From: Promethearchaeia archaeon
GTDB taxonomy: Archaea; Asgardarchaeota; Lokiarchaeia; Sigyniarchaeales; SOKP01
Length of the DNA stretch: 64,000 nt
Direction of reading: 5' to 3'
Assembly: GCA_046483985.1 (NCBI GenBank)
Contig: JAWOCD010000022.1
Location: 16-64,015 of the forward strand
Shown here: positions 39,689 to 48,900 of the stretch, piece by piece
Layout of the letters: every line of letters begins with the position of its first letter
Numbering within the stretch: position 1 is the first letter of the stretch
The notes under the pieces: generated by a model
What the model saw: only the letters and a program-made list of their open reading frames with translations
What the model was told of the DNA's origin: nothing
Database searches by the model: none
Program-made: the position numbers and the translations under genes

Positions 39689-39865
39689 TTTTCATTTCTA
39701 TATAATTATAGGGTTTGGCATTTTTTTATTTTGCTATACATAGTCCCGAAATTTTAATAACTTAAAGATTCTGTCTATTTCTTGTCCATAGATATTATTT
39801 CTGCAATAGTTGCAGTTTTATTTTTAAGTATAAAAAGGATTTATATATTGAGAACAACTGGGGTT

Positions 39866-40681
39866 GTGATAAAATTGAATTTAACCGAGGAACAAATTGA
39901 GAGATACTCTAGACAAATCGTACTTAAAGAAGTGGGAGGAAAAGGTCAAGAAAAATTATTAGATTCTACTGTGACTATTTTGGGATTAGGTGCTCTAGGC
40001 TCTCCTACTGCATATTATTTAGCTGCAGCAGGTATAGGCCGTTTAAGATTAATTGATTTTGACAACGTGGAACTATCTAACTTACATAGGCAAATATTGC
40101 ATTCCACTCGAAATATTGATAAAAAAAAGACTTCAAGCGCATACGAGAGATTAAAACAAATTAATCCGGACTGTGAAATAGAACTCGTTGAGAAGAGAAT
40201 CACCCCAAATAATGTAAAAGGGATTATAACAAATTCAGATTTTTTAATTGAGGGTTCTGATAATCTTCCCACCAAAATGTTGATTAATGATGCTTGTATT
40301 AATTTAGGAATACCCTTTACGATTGCTGGTGTACTAAGATTCCATGGGCAAATATTAACCGTAGTTCCTGAAGAAAAAACCACTTGCTATAGATGTTTGT
40401 TTGGAGGTAATGAAGAATCCTCCCAAGCGATGTCTTGTTCACGTGCTGGCGTAATCGGATTAATTCCAGGGGTTATGGGATGCTTTGAATCTATGGAAGC
40501 GATCAAATATATTTTAGATATGGGAGATCTAATAACAAATAGAATTCTGTATGTAGATTTACTGAAAATGAGTTTTAATTTCATCGATGTCCATAGAAAT
40601 AAGGGTTGCGAAGCTTGTGGAGATAAACCAAAGCATTTAATTTCAAATTATGACTACGGATTTGATAAATTATGTCTTTAA
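39866..40681 (+). CDS. E1-like adenylyltransferase (MoeB/ThiF/UbaA/TtuC family, no rhodanese domain)
   Basis: EEQIERYSRQI and ILGLGALGSPTAYYLAAAGIGRLRLIDFDNVELSNLHRQ (GxGxxG) are present, with Zn pairs CYRC and CEAC. I prefer the GTG at 39866 (MIKLNLTEEQ) to the listed TTG at 39782, which adds a hydrophobic non-homologous leader. Confidence 0.85.
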   Translation: MIKLNLTEEQIERYSRQIVLKEVGGKGQEKLLDSTVTILGLGALGSPTAYYLAAAGIGRLRLIDFDNVELSNLHRQILHSTRNIDKKKTSSAYERLKQINPDCEIELVEKRITPNNVKGIITNSDFLIEGSDNLPTKMLINDACINLGIPFTIAGVLRFHGQILTVVPEEKTTCYRCLFGGNEESSQAMSCSRAGVIGLIPGVMGCFESMEAIKYILDMGDLITNRILYVDLLKMSFNFIDVHRNKGCEACGDKPKHLISNYDYGFDKLCL

Positions 40682-40920
40682 ATAATTATTCAAAGAAGTT
40701 AGATATAAGGGGTAAAACGTGTCCTATGACCTTTGTATATACTAAGTTAGCTTTAGAGGATTTAAAAAAAGGGGAAATTCTCAAGGTTATTTTGGATTAT
40801 CCTCCAGCTGTGGAAAATATTCCGGAAAACAGTAAAAGACAAAGTTTGGCTGAGACTCTCAAGGTTAAGAAACAAAAATCCCGTTCAAATGAATGGGTAC
40901 TATTATTACAAAAAAAATAA
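40672..40920 (+). CDS. TusA/SirA-family sulfurtransferase (second copy)
   Basis: LDIRGKTCPMTF carries the CPxx motif. It overlaps the E1 gene by 10 nt. Confidence 0.75.
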   Translation: MSLNNYSKKLDIRGKTCPMTFVYTKLALEDLKKGEILKVILDYPPAVENIPENSKRQSLAETLKVKKQKSRSNEWVLLLQKK

Positions 40921-41125
40921 CATCTGTAAACGATGTGGAATTGGTTTCATAAGCAAAATTTGCAGTTATTTTTAAAAAGAACAAAATTTTTCATATCATG
41001 ATTAAAGAACTAATATCTTGAATTCTTTAAAATTTTAGGAGAATCAATTTTACAAAAAAAGCATTTCTATGCAGTTATTGCCACACAACGAGTGATTATT
41101 GACTTAAATTTTATTTATCAATTAA

Positions 41126-41824
41126 GTGGTGAATGGGATTAATATATACAAAAAAGTAAGAAAGAAAATTAATCTAAAATACTATTCAGTGGGTGTTAAA
41201 CTGATAACTAATGAAAATAAAGGGATTAATTCAAATAAGGATTTTAAAGTACCGAAAAATTCGCATAGGTACTGTGAATTTGTTAAAAGAGCTTCAGAAG
41301 GAGAATTTCTCAAAATTTCTAAAGAGAAATTATCTTGTGTAACTTCTCAAATAATGTTGGGGTTCAAGAAACCGAGAAAGATCAAAATGGATATGCGAAT
41401 GGATTTAGACAATCTTGATTCCGTTATATTATTCCCGCTGGATGATTTTCCAACTAAAAATTTTGATAGTATTGTGCTTCGAGTAAATCCAAAACACGCT
41501 ATGGATATTATCGAAGCATATCGAAAGGTATTTCATAAACCCTTAGAGGTAAATTGGGGGTTATATTCAGGTATTTGCAGCGAGATAACTGCTTCGGTTA
41601 TAAAAAATCAAGATATTAATTTTTCGTTTTTATGCTCTGGTTCGAGAATTTATACCGGATTTGATGATTGTGAATTAATGTGTGGTATCTACAATGCATT
41701 GGTTGAAAAGATATTCAAAAAACTAATTGAAATCTCTAATGAGAGAGAAATGGATCTTCAATTAGTTAATGAATTAGATAATTATGAAAATAAAAACTAT
41801 AATAAAGGCAAAATAGAAGAATAA
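41126..41824 (+). CDS. DUF169-like uncharacterised protein, tentative
   Basis: The size (~230 aa) and the pattern ...YSVGVKL...HRYCEFVKRASEGEF...LSCVTSQIMLGF resemble the DUF169 (COG2043) family as I recall it. Confidence 0.4.
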   Translation: MVNGINIYKKVRKKINLKYYSVGVKLITNENKGINSNKDFKVPKNSHRYCEFVKRASEGEFLKISKEKLSCVTSQIMLGFKKPRKIKMDMRMDLDNLDSVILFPLDDFPTKNFDSIVLRVNPKHAMDIIEAYRKVFHKPLEVNWGLYSGICSEITASVIKNQDINFSFLCSGSRIYTGFDDCELMCGIYNALVEKIFKKLIEISNEREMDLQLVNELDNYENKNYNKGKIEE

Positions 41825-41834
41825 AGAGGTAATC

Positions 41835-42677
41835 GTGTTGGAAGACTTTTTAAGATGCTTAGGATGTGGAAGAAAATTAGGGGATAAAGAAGGAAGACAC
41901 TACAATTATTGTTCAGAATGTCTTTTGAATTTAGAATTCCAGATCAATGATTTGGATATTGATACGATAAAAACTAACCTTCAAAAGATCTTAAATTTCT
42001 TTGTATCCGATGTAAATGCCGCATTTAATAAAGACCCAGCAGCTCATTCTCTAATGGAAGTTCTTACAAGTTATCCTGGAATTAAAGCGGTGTTATTATA
42101 TCGAATCGCGCATTTCTTTTGGGATCTTGATATGCCTTTTGTCCCTAGATATCTTTCAGAAGTGGGGAGAGAAAGTACGGGAATTGAAATCCATCCTGGG
42201 GCTCGAATAGGGAGCGACTTTTTTATCGACCACGGTGGTGGAGTAGTAATAGGAGAAACTGCCGAGATAGGGGATAATGTGACCATTTATCAAGGAGTTG
42301 TTTTGGGAGGTACAACTCTTGATCCGGTTAAGCGCCATCCTACTTTGGGTAATAATGTTGTTGTGGGGACGGGAGCAAAACTCCTAGGTCCTATTACGAT
42401 TGGAGACAATGTTAGAATCGGTGCAAATTCCGTCGTTGTAAAGGATATTCCTTCAAACTCTGTTGTGGTAGGAGTTCCAGGAAGGGTTATCTCAAGAGAA
42501 GGTGAAAAGATAGATAAAATAGATCTCAAACATGGGGATCTTCCCGACCCTTTATCTATTACCTTATCTACTTTAAATTCGAGAATAGAATTCCTAGAAA
42601 AAAAGATACTTGAAAGTAAGGAACAAAATAAGGAAGAAATAAAAATAGAATATGGTAAATATGGCGGTGGTATATGA
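41835..42677 (+). CDS. cysE: Serine O-acetyltransferase (CysE) with an N-terminal CxxC...CxxC extension
   Basis: DPAAHSLMEVLTSYPGIKAVLLYRIAH, GIEIHPGARIG and hexapeptide repeats are present. The N-terminus carries CLGCG...CSEC. Confidence 0.85.
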   Translation: MLEDFLRCLGCGRKLGDKEGRHYNYCSECLLNLEFQINDLDIDTIKTNLQKILNFFVSDVNAAFNKDPAAHSLMEVLTSYPGIKAVLLYRIAHFFWDLDMPFVPRYLSEVGRESTGIEIHPGARIGSDFFIDHGGGVVIGETAEIGDNVTIYQGVVLGGTTLDPVKRHPTLGNNVVVGTGAKLLGPITIGDNVRIGANSVVVKDIPSNSVVVGVPGRVISREGEKIDKIDLKHGDLPDPLSITLSTLNSRIEFLEKKILESKEQNKEEIKIEYGKYGGGI

Positions 42678-42805
42678 AGAATGCGGACAATTATAATGAT
42701 TATTGGGTCCAAATTAAAATTGATACAATTATTGCAAACATCTTTAAAAGACTTCGCTTCCCATTTTCTTATAAATTATTCTAAAAATTAAAGTCGTGAT
42801 TTACA

Positions 42806-43732
42806 ATGGTAAAAGTATATAGCAATATTATTAAGGCAATAGGAAATACGCCTTTAGTAAAATTTAACAGAATTACGGAAGATATTAAACCTAATATTTA
42901 CGGTAAAGTCGAAGCATTTAATCCAGGAGGAAGCGTGAAAGATAGAATTTGTATGGCAATGATAGAGAAAGCAGAAGAAAAAATAATAAAAAAAGACACT
43001 ACAATTGTTGAACCGACTTCCGGAAACACTGGAATCGGCTTGGCTTTAGTCTGCGCTGTGAAAGGATATAAACTTATCCTCACAATGCCTGAAAGCATGT
43101 CTGAAGAAAGGCGAAGGATATTAAAAGCATATGGTGCAGAATTAATATTAACTCCCGCAGAAAGAGGAATGAAAGGAGCAATCGAAAAAGCGGAGCAATT
43201 AAATGAAGAAAACGGAAAAGTTTATATACCTCAGCAATTTAAGAATGAAGCGAATCCCGAAATCCATCGGAAAACGACCGGAAGAGAAATTATCGAGGAT
43301 CTAGACGGCAAAGTGGATGGTTTTGTAGCGGGTATAGGAACTGGAGGCACTATTACGGGAGTAGGAGAGGTTTTGAGAAAAGAACTCGGGGAACAGGTAA
43401 AAATTTATGGAGTAGAACCAAAGAATTCCCCGGTACTTTCGGGAGGACAACCAGGATCTCATAAGATTCAAGGGATTGGTGCGGGTTTTGTACCAGATGT
43501 ATTGAACACTAAAATCTATGATGATGTAATCCAAGTTGAATCTGAGGACGCACGAGATACCTCAAGAAAATTAGCGAAATTAGAAGGTATTTTCGCGGGT
43601 ATATCTTCTGGAGCGGCTACTTGGGCAGCATTAAATATTGCTAATGAAGAATTTGATGAGGGAGAAAATATAGTTATCATCCTTCCAGACACTGGAGAAC
43701 GCTATTTAACAACAGATTTATTTAATCTCTAA
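42806..43732 (+). CDS. cysK: Cysteine synthase / O-acetylserine sulfhydrylase (CysK/CysM family)
   Basis: IGNTPLV, NPGGSVKDRI (PLP Lys), TSGNTGIGLA and GIGTGGTITG are present. Confidence 0.9.
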   Translation: MVKVYSNIIKAIGNTPLVKFNRITEDIKPNIYGKVEAFNPGGSVKDRICMAMIEKAEEKIIKKDTTIVEPTSGNTGIGLALVCAVKGYKLILTMPESMSEERRRILKAYGAELILTPAERGMKGAIEKAEQLNEENGKVYIPQQFKNEANPEIHRKTTGREIIEDLDGKVDGFVAGIGTGGTITGVGEVLRKELGEQVKIYGVEPKNSPVLSGGQPGSHKIQGIGAGFVPDVLNTKIYDDVIQVESEDARDTSRKLAKLEGIFAGISSGAATWAALNIANEEFDEGENIVIILPDTGERYLTTDLFNL

Positions 43733-43926
43733 ATATTTCTAATAGAAATAAGGATTTAATTAAATCAACGAAATAATCAATTTTAACAAAGTTTTTTTTA
43801 CTAAAAGATTCCAAAATTGGGTGTATTGATATTCAGCATCTATTAGATAACTATACAAATGTTAAATATTTTTATTCGGAAAAAGAATTTGGACTTGAAT
43901 CAAGTCAAATTTTACCCAATTTTAGA

Positions 43927-44946
43927 TTGGCATATGAAACTTATGGAGTATTAAATAAATCTAAGACTAATGCTATCCTAATTTTTCATGCTCTTTCTGG
44001 AAGCTCTCATGTATATAGTGATGATACTGAAATAGGCGGGTGGTGGGATGAAGTCGTTGGTCCAAATCTTCCTATTGATACAAATAAATATTTTGTAATT
44101 TGTGCTAACATGTTAGGAAGTTGTTATGGCTCGACTGGTCCCGCATCCACTAATTCTAAGACTAAAAAACCTTACGGACTTGAATTTCCCATAATTACCA
44201 TTCATGATATGGTAAAAGCAAATAAACTTTTGATTGACCATTTGGGAATTGAGAGTCTCTTAGCTGTTGTTGGAGGGAGTATGGGAGGGATGCAAGCGCT
44301 CGATTGGGCAATTAGTTATCCCAAAATTACATACGCCGTCATTCCCATTGCAACTGCTGCTTACGCTACTACCTTTAATATCGCCTTTAATGAAGTGCAG
44401 AGACAAGCTATTTTTTCTGATCCCAATTGGAACCAAGGAAACTATTATGATAACCATTCTCCTCCCAATCAAGGTTTAAGATTGGCTCGACAAATTGGGC
44501 ACATTACTTATCTCAGTGAGGAATCTATGAAGGAAAAATTTGGAAGAGATCTCCGACACAATCCGAAATTAGTTTTCCAATTTACCGAAGAATTTGAGGT
44601 AGAAAGTTATTTACAATATAAAGGATCTTCTTTTACAAAAAGATTTGATGCCAATTCGTATCTCTATTTAACGAAAGCAATCGATTATTTTGATATACGA
44701 GAAAACGGAAATTTAGCACATCCACTTTCCAATTTAGAAACTATACAATTTTTAGTAATATCATTTACCTCTGATTGGTTATATCCCACCACGCAGGCAA
44801 GGGAAATTGTATGTGCTCTAAAAGCAAATGGTATAAAAACGAGCTTCGTGGAAATTGATTATAATTACGGACATGATTCTTTCCTGCTTGATTGTAAGGA
44901 TTTCAAAGTGATTTTATCCAATTTCTTGGAGAATCTTGAATTGTGA
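43927..44946 (+). CDS. metX: Homoserine O-acetyltransferase (MetX)
   Basis: AYETYGVLN...NAILIFHALSGSSH, GGSMGGMQAL (nucleophile Ser) and the C-terminal YGHDSFLL are present. The conserved N-terminal block continues upstream of the listed TTG start (see findings). Confidence 0.85.
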   Translation: MAYETYGVLNKSKTNAILIFHALSGSSHVYSDDTEIGGWWDEVVGPNLPIDTNKYFVICANMLGSCYGSTGPASTNSKTKKPYGLEFPIITIHDMVKANKLLIDHLGIESLLAVVGGSMGGMQALDWAISYPKITYAVIPIATAAYATTFNIAFNEVQRQAIFSDPNWNQGNYYDNHSPPNQGLRLARQIGHITYLSEESMKEKFGRDLRHNPKLVFQFTEEFEVESYLQYKGSSFTKRFDANSYLYLTKAIDYFDIRENGNLAHPLSNLETIQFLVISFTSDWLYPTTQAREIVCALKANGIKTSFVEIDYNYGHDSFLLDCKDFKVILSNFLENLEL

Positions 44947-44958
44947 TGTGATAAAAAG

Positions 44959-45570
44959 ATGTTGCTAAGAACAGATTTAAAGATTATTTATACTCTAATA
45001 GAACCAAACTCTAAAGTCTTAGATTTAGGCTGCGGAGAAGGAGTACTATTATACGAGTTAACTGAAAATAAACAAATTGAGGGATTAGGGATAGAAATCT
45101 CGATAGAAAGGATAAAAAAGTGTATGGAATACGGGGTTTCAGTTGTGCAAGAAGATTTAAATAAGGGGTTAAAAGATTTTAAAAAAAATTCATTTGACTA
45201 CGTTATATTAAGCCAAACACTTGAGGAAATCGCCAAACCAGTATATCTTATCAAAGAAATGATGAGGGTAGGTCGGAAGTGTATTATTAGCTTTGAAAAT
45301 TTAGCCTATTGGAAGAATAGGATACGGTTTTTATTTACAGGGAGTTTGAGAGGGAATAACTCGAAAGGGAATAACTCGAAAAAAGATTTTTTATACAATA
45401 ATAAAAAGCAGCAGTTATTGAGCATAAACAAATTCCTTAGATTCTGTGAATATAAAGATTTTATTATAAGTAAAGAAATTTATCTAAATCAAGATACCCT
45501 CAATTTTGGAAAAATATTTCCTAACTTTTTCTGTAAAACATCTATATTCGTTTTAAAAGGAAAAGAATAA
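44959..45570 (+). CDS. metW: MetW-like methyltransferase-fold protein (partner of MetX)
   Basis: RTDLKIIYTLIEPNSKVLDLGCGEGVLL...FDYVILSQTLEE has typical MetW organisation. It lies immediately downstream of metX. Confidence 0.72.
   Translation: MLLRTDLKIIYTLIEPNSKVLDLGCGEGVLLYELTENKQIEGLGIEISIERIKKCMEYGVSVVQEDLNKGLKDFKKNSFDYVILSQTLEEIAKPVYLIKEMMRVGRKCIISFENLAYWKNRIRFLFTGSLRGNNSKGNNSKKDFLYNNKKQQLLSINKFLRFCEYKDFIISKEIYLNQDTLNFGKIFPNFFCKTSIFVLKGKE
45352..45381 (+). repeat. Perfect in-frame 15-bp tandem duplication (gggaataactcgaaa x2) inside metW
   Basis: Seen directly. It encodes GNNSKGNNSK. Confidence 0.9.
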
Positions 45571-45614
45571 ACATATTTACATAAAAAGAAATTTAATCCG
45601 AGGTATTTTACTTA

Positions 45615-46778
45615 ATGAACATCAATTGGGAAAATATACGAAAAAATCAATTTCCATCACTAAAAAATCAGATTCACATGAAAGCCGCTGGAGGATCCCC
45701 CATGTGCAAGTCTGCCTATAGCAAGGGCACAAAATATTTTAGGAATATTTATAAAAAGGGAGATATCTTCTGGGACCACTACTTTAAGGAAATGGAGGAA
45801 GCTAGAGAGTTGGTTGCAGATTATTTAAACTCGAATACAAATGAAATAAGTTTTCTAATTAACACATCCTCGGGTATTAATATCATATCCCATCTACTGA
45901 ATCAAGGAACTATACTTTATCCAGAGGGTGAGTTTCCCTCCTCAATTCTCCCCTTCAAGTTGAAGGATTTTAATTGCATAAAAATTAGATCGAAAAATAA
46001 GAAATATCGAGCCGAAGATATTGAGGAAACTGTTCATTCAAATCACGATTATTTAATCCAAAGTTACGTTCAATATCTCACGGGATTTAAGCAAGAATTA
46101 GGTAAAATTGGGAGGATTACCTACAAGAATAAAGTTATTTATATAATAAATGCGACTCAAGCCTTTGGTGCTTTACCTCTGGATGTTAAAAGACAAAAAA
46201 TTGATATATTAGTGGCATCTGGCCTTAAATGGGCGTGTTGTGGCTACGGAGCCGCCATTCTCTATGTTAAAGAAAAAATTCTCGAAGATAAAAACTTACC
46301 TTGTCTCAGTTGGTTGAGCGTGAGAAATAAGTTTGCAATGGATAATGATAATACTGATGTAATCAAACAAACAAAAGCAATGGACAGTTTTGGGGGTACT
46401 CCCAATTTTCCCGCTTTAATGGCATTAAAAGGAAGTTTAGAATTGATAAAAGATATCGGTGCGGGTGATATCAATGTAGGCATCAGAGAAATTTACAAGA
46501 GGATAAAATTTCTCACAAATAAGTTTATACGAGAACTTCAAGACCTGGGTCACAAAATAATTAGCCCCTTAGATTTAAAGTATCGTTCGGGTATAATTAC
46601 AATGCAGCATCAGAACGCGAAAGCGATATATAAGGAGTTATTAAAAAATAACATCCATATCTCACTTAGAAATTATCCCTCCTCCCAAAATAAGGATTTA
46701 TTACGATTTGCCCTCCATTACTATAACAATTTAGAAGATATCCGGAACGTAGTTTCGGTTTTAAAGAGGTGTGGATAA
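45615..46778 (+). CDS. Class V PLP-dependent aminotransferase / cysteine-desulfurase-like enzyme
   Basis: NATQAFGALPLDVKRQKIDILVASGLKWACCGYGAAILYV has the PLP-Lys in an S-G-x-K-W context, typical of the class V fold. Confidence 0.65.
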   Translation: MNINWENIRKNQFPSLKNQIHMKAAGGSPMCKSAYSKGTKYFRNIYKKGDIFWDHYFKEMEEARELVADYLNSNTNEISFLINTSSGINIISHLLNQGTILYPEGEFPSSILPFKLKDFNCIKIRSKNKKYRAEDIEETVHSNHDYLIQSYVQYLTGFKQELGKIGRITYKNKVIYIINATQAFGALPLDVKRQKIDILVASGLKWACCGYGAAILYVKEKILEDKNLPCLSWLSVRNKFAMDNDNTDVIKQTKAMDSFGGTPNFPALMALKGSLELIKDIGAGDINVGIREIYKRIKFLTNKFIRELQDLGHKIISPLDLKYRSGIITMQHQNAKAIYKELLKNNIHISLRNYPSSQNKDLLRFALHYYNNLEDIRNVVSVLKRCG

Positions 46779-46781
46779 AAA

Positions 46782-48452
46782 ATGAAAAGAGAGGTAAAAT
46801 CTCATAATTGGAGATTTCTTACCCCTATTGGAGGCTTCCACGGAGTTTCTGCTGTTTTTCCCAGATTTCAAGATATTATTGATTACGAAGAGGACCGATT
46901 TTCAGTTTACCAAGGTTATCCTAGATTTGTTACACATCCTGCTATAAGGAATTTGGAAGATCAATGGAAAGAAAAATTCGATGCAGTGAACGCTATAAGT
47001 TTCCATAGTTATCGGTCATCTATTTTCTTTTTGATTGATTACTTTTTCAGGAAAGGCGATAAGATTTACATCGACTCCAGATTAACTTCAAAAATATTCA
47101 CGCTTCTAAATCAAAGTTTTCCCGATATCTTATCTAAAGTAACGAAAGTATCTGAAGCAGATATTCTAATATTTAACAAACCAGTAACTCAAGTTAAAAG
47201 GTCTTTTGAAGATAAGATTCTAATTTCTCTATTGGACAACCCAATGGACGAAAAAGATTTCAAATTTAAAGGGGATTTCTTAATTTGTCATGATCCATTA
47301 AACGATATAGGAGTAATTTTGAAATTCAATGATCAATTCAACAATTTGACGCTTCTCCGAAGACATTGCGGATTTAATGTAAGTTCACGAAAAATCTGTG
47401 GAAATAATGAAACTCTAATTCGAGAAAAATCAAAACTAAAGGATCAATTGAAAAAGCAAATTACCCATTTGGAAAATGTTGAGACGAACTATTGTTATTT
47501 TTATCCCTCTGGCATGGCTGCAGTGTTCATATCGATTTTTTCACTTTTATCAAGCCAAAAGCCGAATTTTATTGGTTTAGGTTCTTTATATGTGGATACT
47601 CTAAAGATTCTAGAAAAATGGTCAGAAAAGTATGGTTTATCGAAGACAGACTTTATTCGTGATGCAATTGAGAAAACTTTAAAGGAACGTATTAGCGAAA
47701 AAACCGCAGGCGTTATTGTTGAAATTCCCTCTAATCCCTTAATCCAACTAGTAGATATAAAAGAAGTAATCAATACAGTCCATTTATATGGCGGAAAAGT
47801 GATTGTAGACAATACTATTGCCACACCTTATAATTTTAATCCATTTGATTATGGAACCGATATCGTAGTTCACAGTTCAACAAAATTTTTAAACGGGAAA
47901 AATGACCATATTGGAGGAATAATCATTACAAAGGAGAAAGAATTGGGTGAAAAAATTAGAAAATTTAATAATCTCTTTGGATTAGATATGGCATTCAATG
48001 ATATAAGGACATTATCTGAAAATATCAAGGGGTTCGAAAGACGGATGGAAAGGATTAATAAGAATACCGAAATCATAGCCAAATACCTAAATAATCATGA
48101 ATATGTGGGGAAGGTATATTATCCCTCCTTAGCTGATAATCCCGATCGGGAAATTTTGAAAAAATATCTAAAGGGAGGAAGCGGTCTTCTTAGTTTTGTC
48201 TTAAAAAATTCAAATATCGAAGTTGCACGTCAATTTTATAATAATGTTTTACCTCCCATTTTAAAAGGTCCTAGCCTCGGTTCAGAAAGAAGTTTGTTAT
48301 CTCCCTACGTAATGATGACACACTATAAATATTCCGAAACAGAATTAAAACATTTAGGGTTAAATCGCTATTTAATGCGTCTATCCGTGGGAACGGAACC
48401 TTTTGAAGATATTATATACAGCTTAAAGTATGCTTTAAATTCTTTAAAATGA
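46782..48452 (+). CDS. Cys/Met-metabolism PLP enzyme (MetY/MetB/MetC family) with a ~230-aa N-terminal extension that looks like a degenerate copy of the same fold
   Basis: The C-terminal part has YFYPSGMAAV, VVDNTIATPYNFNP and the PLP-Lys block HSSTKFLNGKNDHIGG. The N-terminal part has YQGYPRFVTHPAIRNLEDQW...AISFHSYRSS, which is paralogue-like and has no Lys block. Confidence 0.7.
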   Translation: MKREVKSHNWRFLTPIGGFHGVSAVFPRFQDIIDYEEDRFSVYQGYPRFVTHPAIRNLEDQWKEKFDAVNAISFHSYRSSIFFLIDYFFRKGDKIYIDSRLTSKIFTLLNQSFPDILSKVTKVSEADILIFNKPVTQVKRSFEDKILISLLDNPMDEKDFKFKGDFLICHDPLNDIGVILKFNDQFNNLTLLRRHCGFNVSSRKICGNNETLIREKSKLKDQLKKQITHLENVETNYCYFYPSGMAAVFISIFSLLSSQKPNFIGLGSLYVDTLKILEKWSEKYGLSKTDFIRDAIEKTLKERISEKTAGVIVEIPSNPLIQLVDIKEVINTVHLYGGKVIVDNTIATPYNFNPFDYGTDIVVHSSTKFLNGKNDHIGGIIITKEKELGEKIRKFNNLFGLDMAFNDIRTLSENIKGFERRMERINKNTEIIAKYLNNHEYVGKVYYPSLADNPDREILKKYLKGGSGLLSFVLKNSNIEVARQFYNNVLPPILKGPSLGSERSLLSPYVMMTHYKYSETELKHLGLNRYLMRLSVGTEPFEDIIYSLKYALNSLK

Positions 48453-48579
48453 GGGAAATTTCGATATCTGCTAGATTTGCATTTAATTTTAAATCAGATG
48501 AGTGAATTACATAAATAGAAATAAATAAATTGACCCCCGAAGATTTTTATATATCTCTAATTACAATTAATTACAATCT

Positions 48580-48867
48580 ATGAGAACTGTCAAGATCAAA
48601 TTTTTATCGTTGCTCAAGGACTTAATTGGATCTGAGGAAATTGAGCTTTCGATTCCGGAAAACTCCACGATAAAAGAACTATTAGAAGAATTAAATTCAC
48701 AGTATGGCGAAAAATTTAAAGATATTCTTTATGAGAAACCAAATAAGTTAAATAAGGGGATCCTTATTGGACTAAATGGAAAAAATATCCGTGATATTGA
48801 TAACTTAGATACAAAGATCGAAGCGGAAGATGAAATCACCTTTATGCCAGCGATTGCGGGAGGATAG
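48580..48867 (+). CDS. MoaD/ThiS-family ubiquitin-like sulfur-carrier / SAMP-like protein ending in Gly-Gly
   Basis: The 95-aa protein shows a beta-grasp pattern (VKIKFLSLLKDLIG...INGKNI...DEITFMPAIAGG*) and a terminal GG. Confidence 0.75.
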   Translation: MRTVKIKFLSLLKDLIGSEEIELSIPENSTIKELLEELNSQYGEKFKDILYEKPNKLNKGILIGLNGKNIRDIDNLDTKIEAEDEITFMPAIAGG

Positions 48868-48900
48868 TTAGCAGATATACTTATTTAATTTTTAAAAGAG

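Noticed and set aside
42071-42712. Minus-strand ORFs (42071-42286, 42156-42338, 42290-42712) inside cysE.
   Set aside because: The hexapeptide-repeat coding sequence generates long antisense open frames. CysE motifs are unambiguous on the plus strand.
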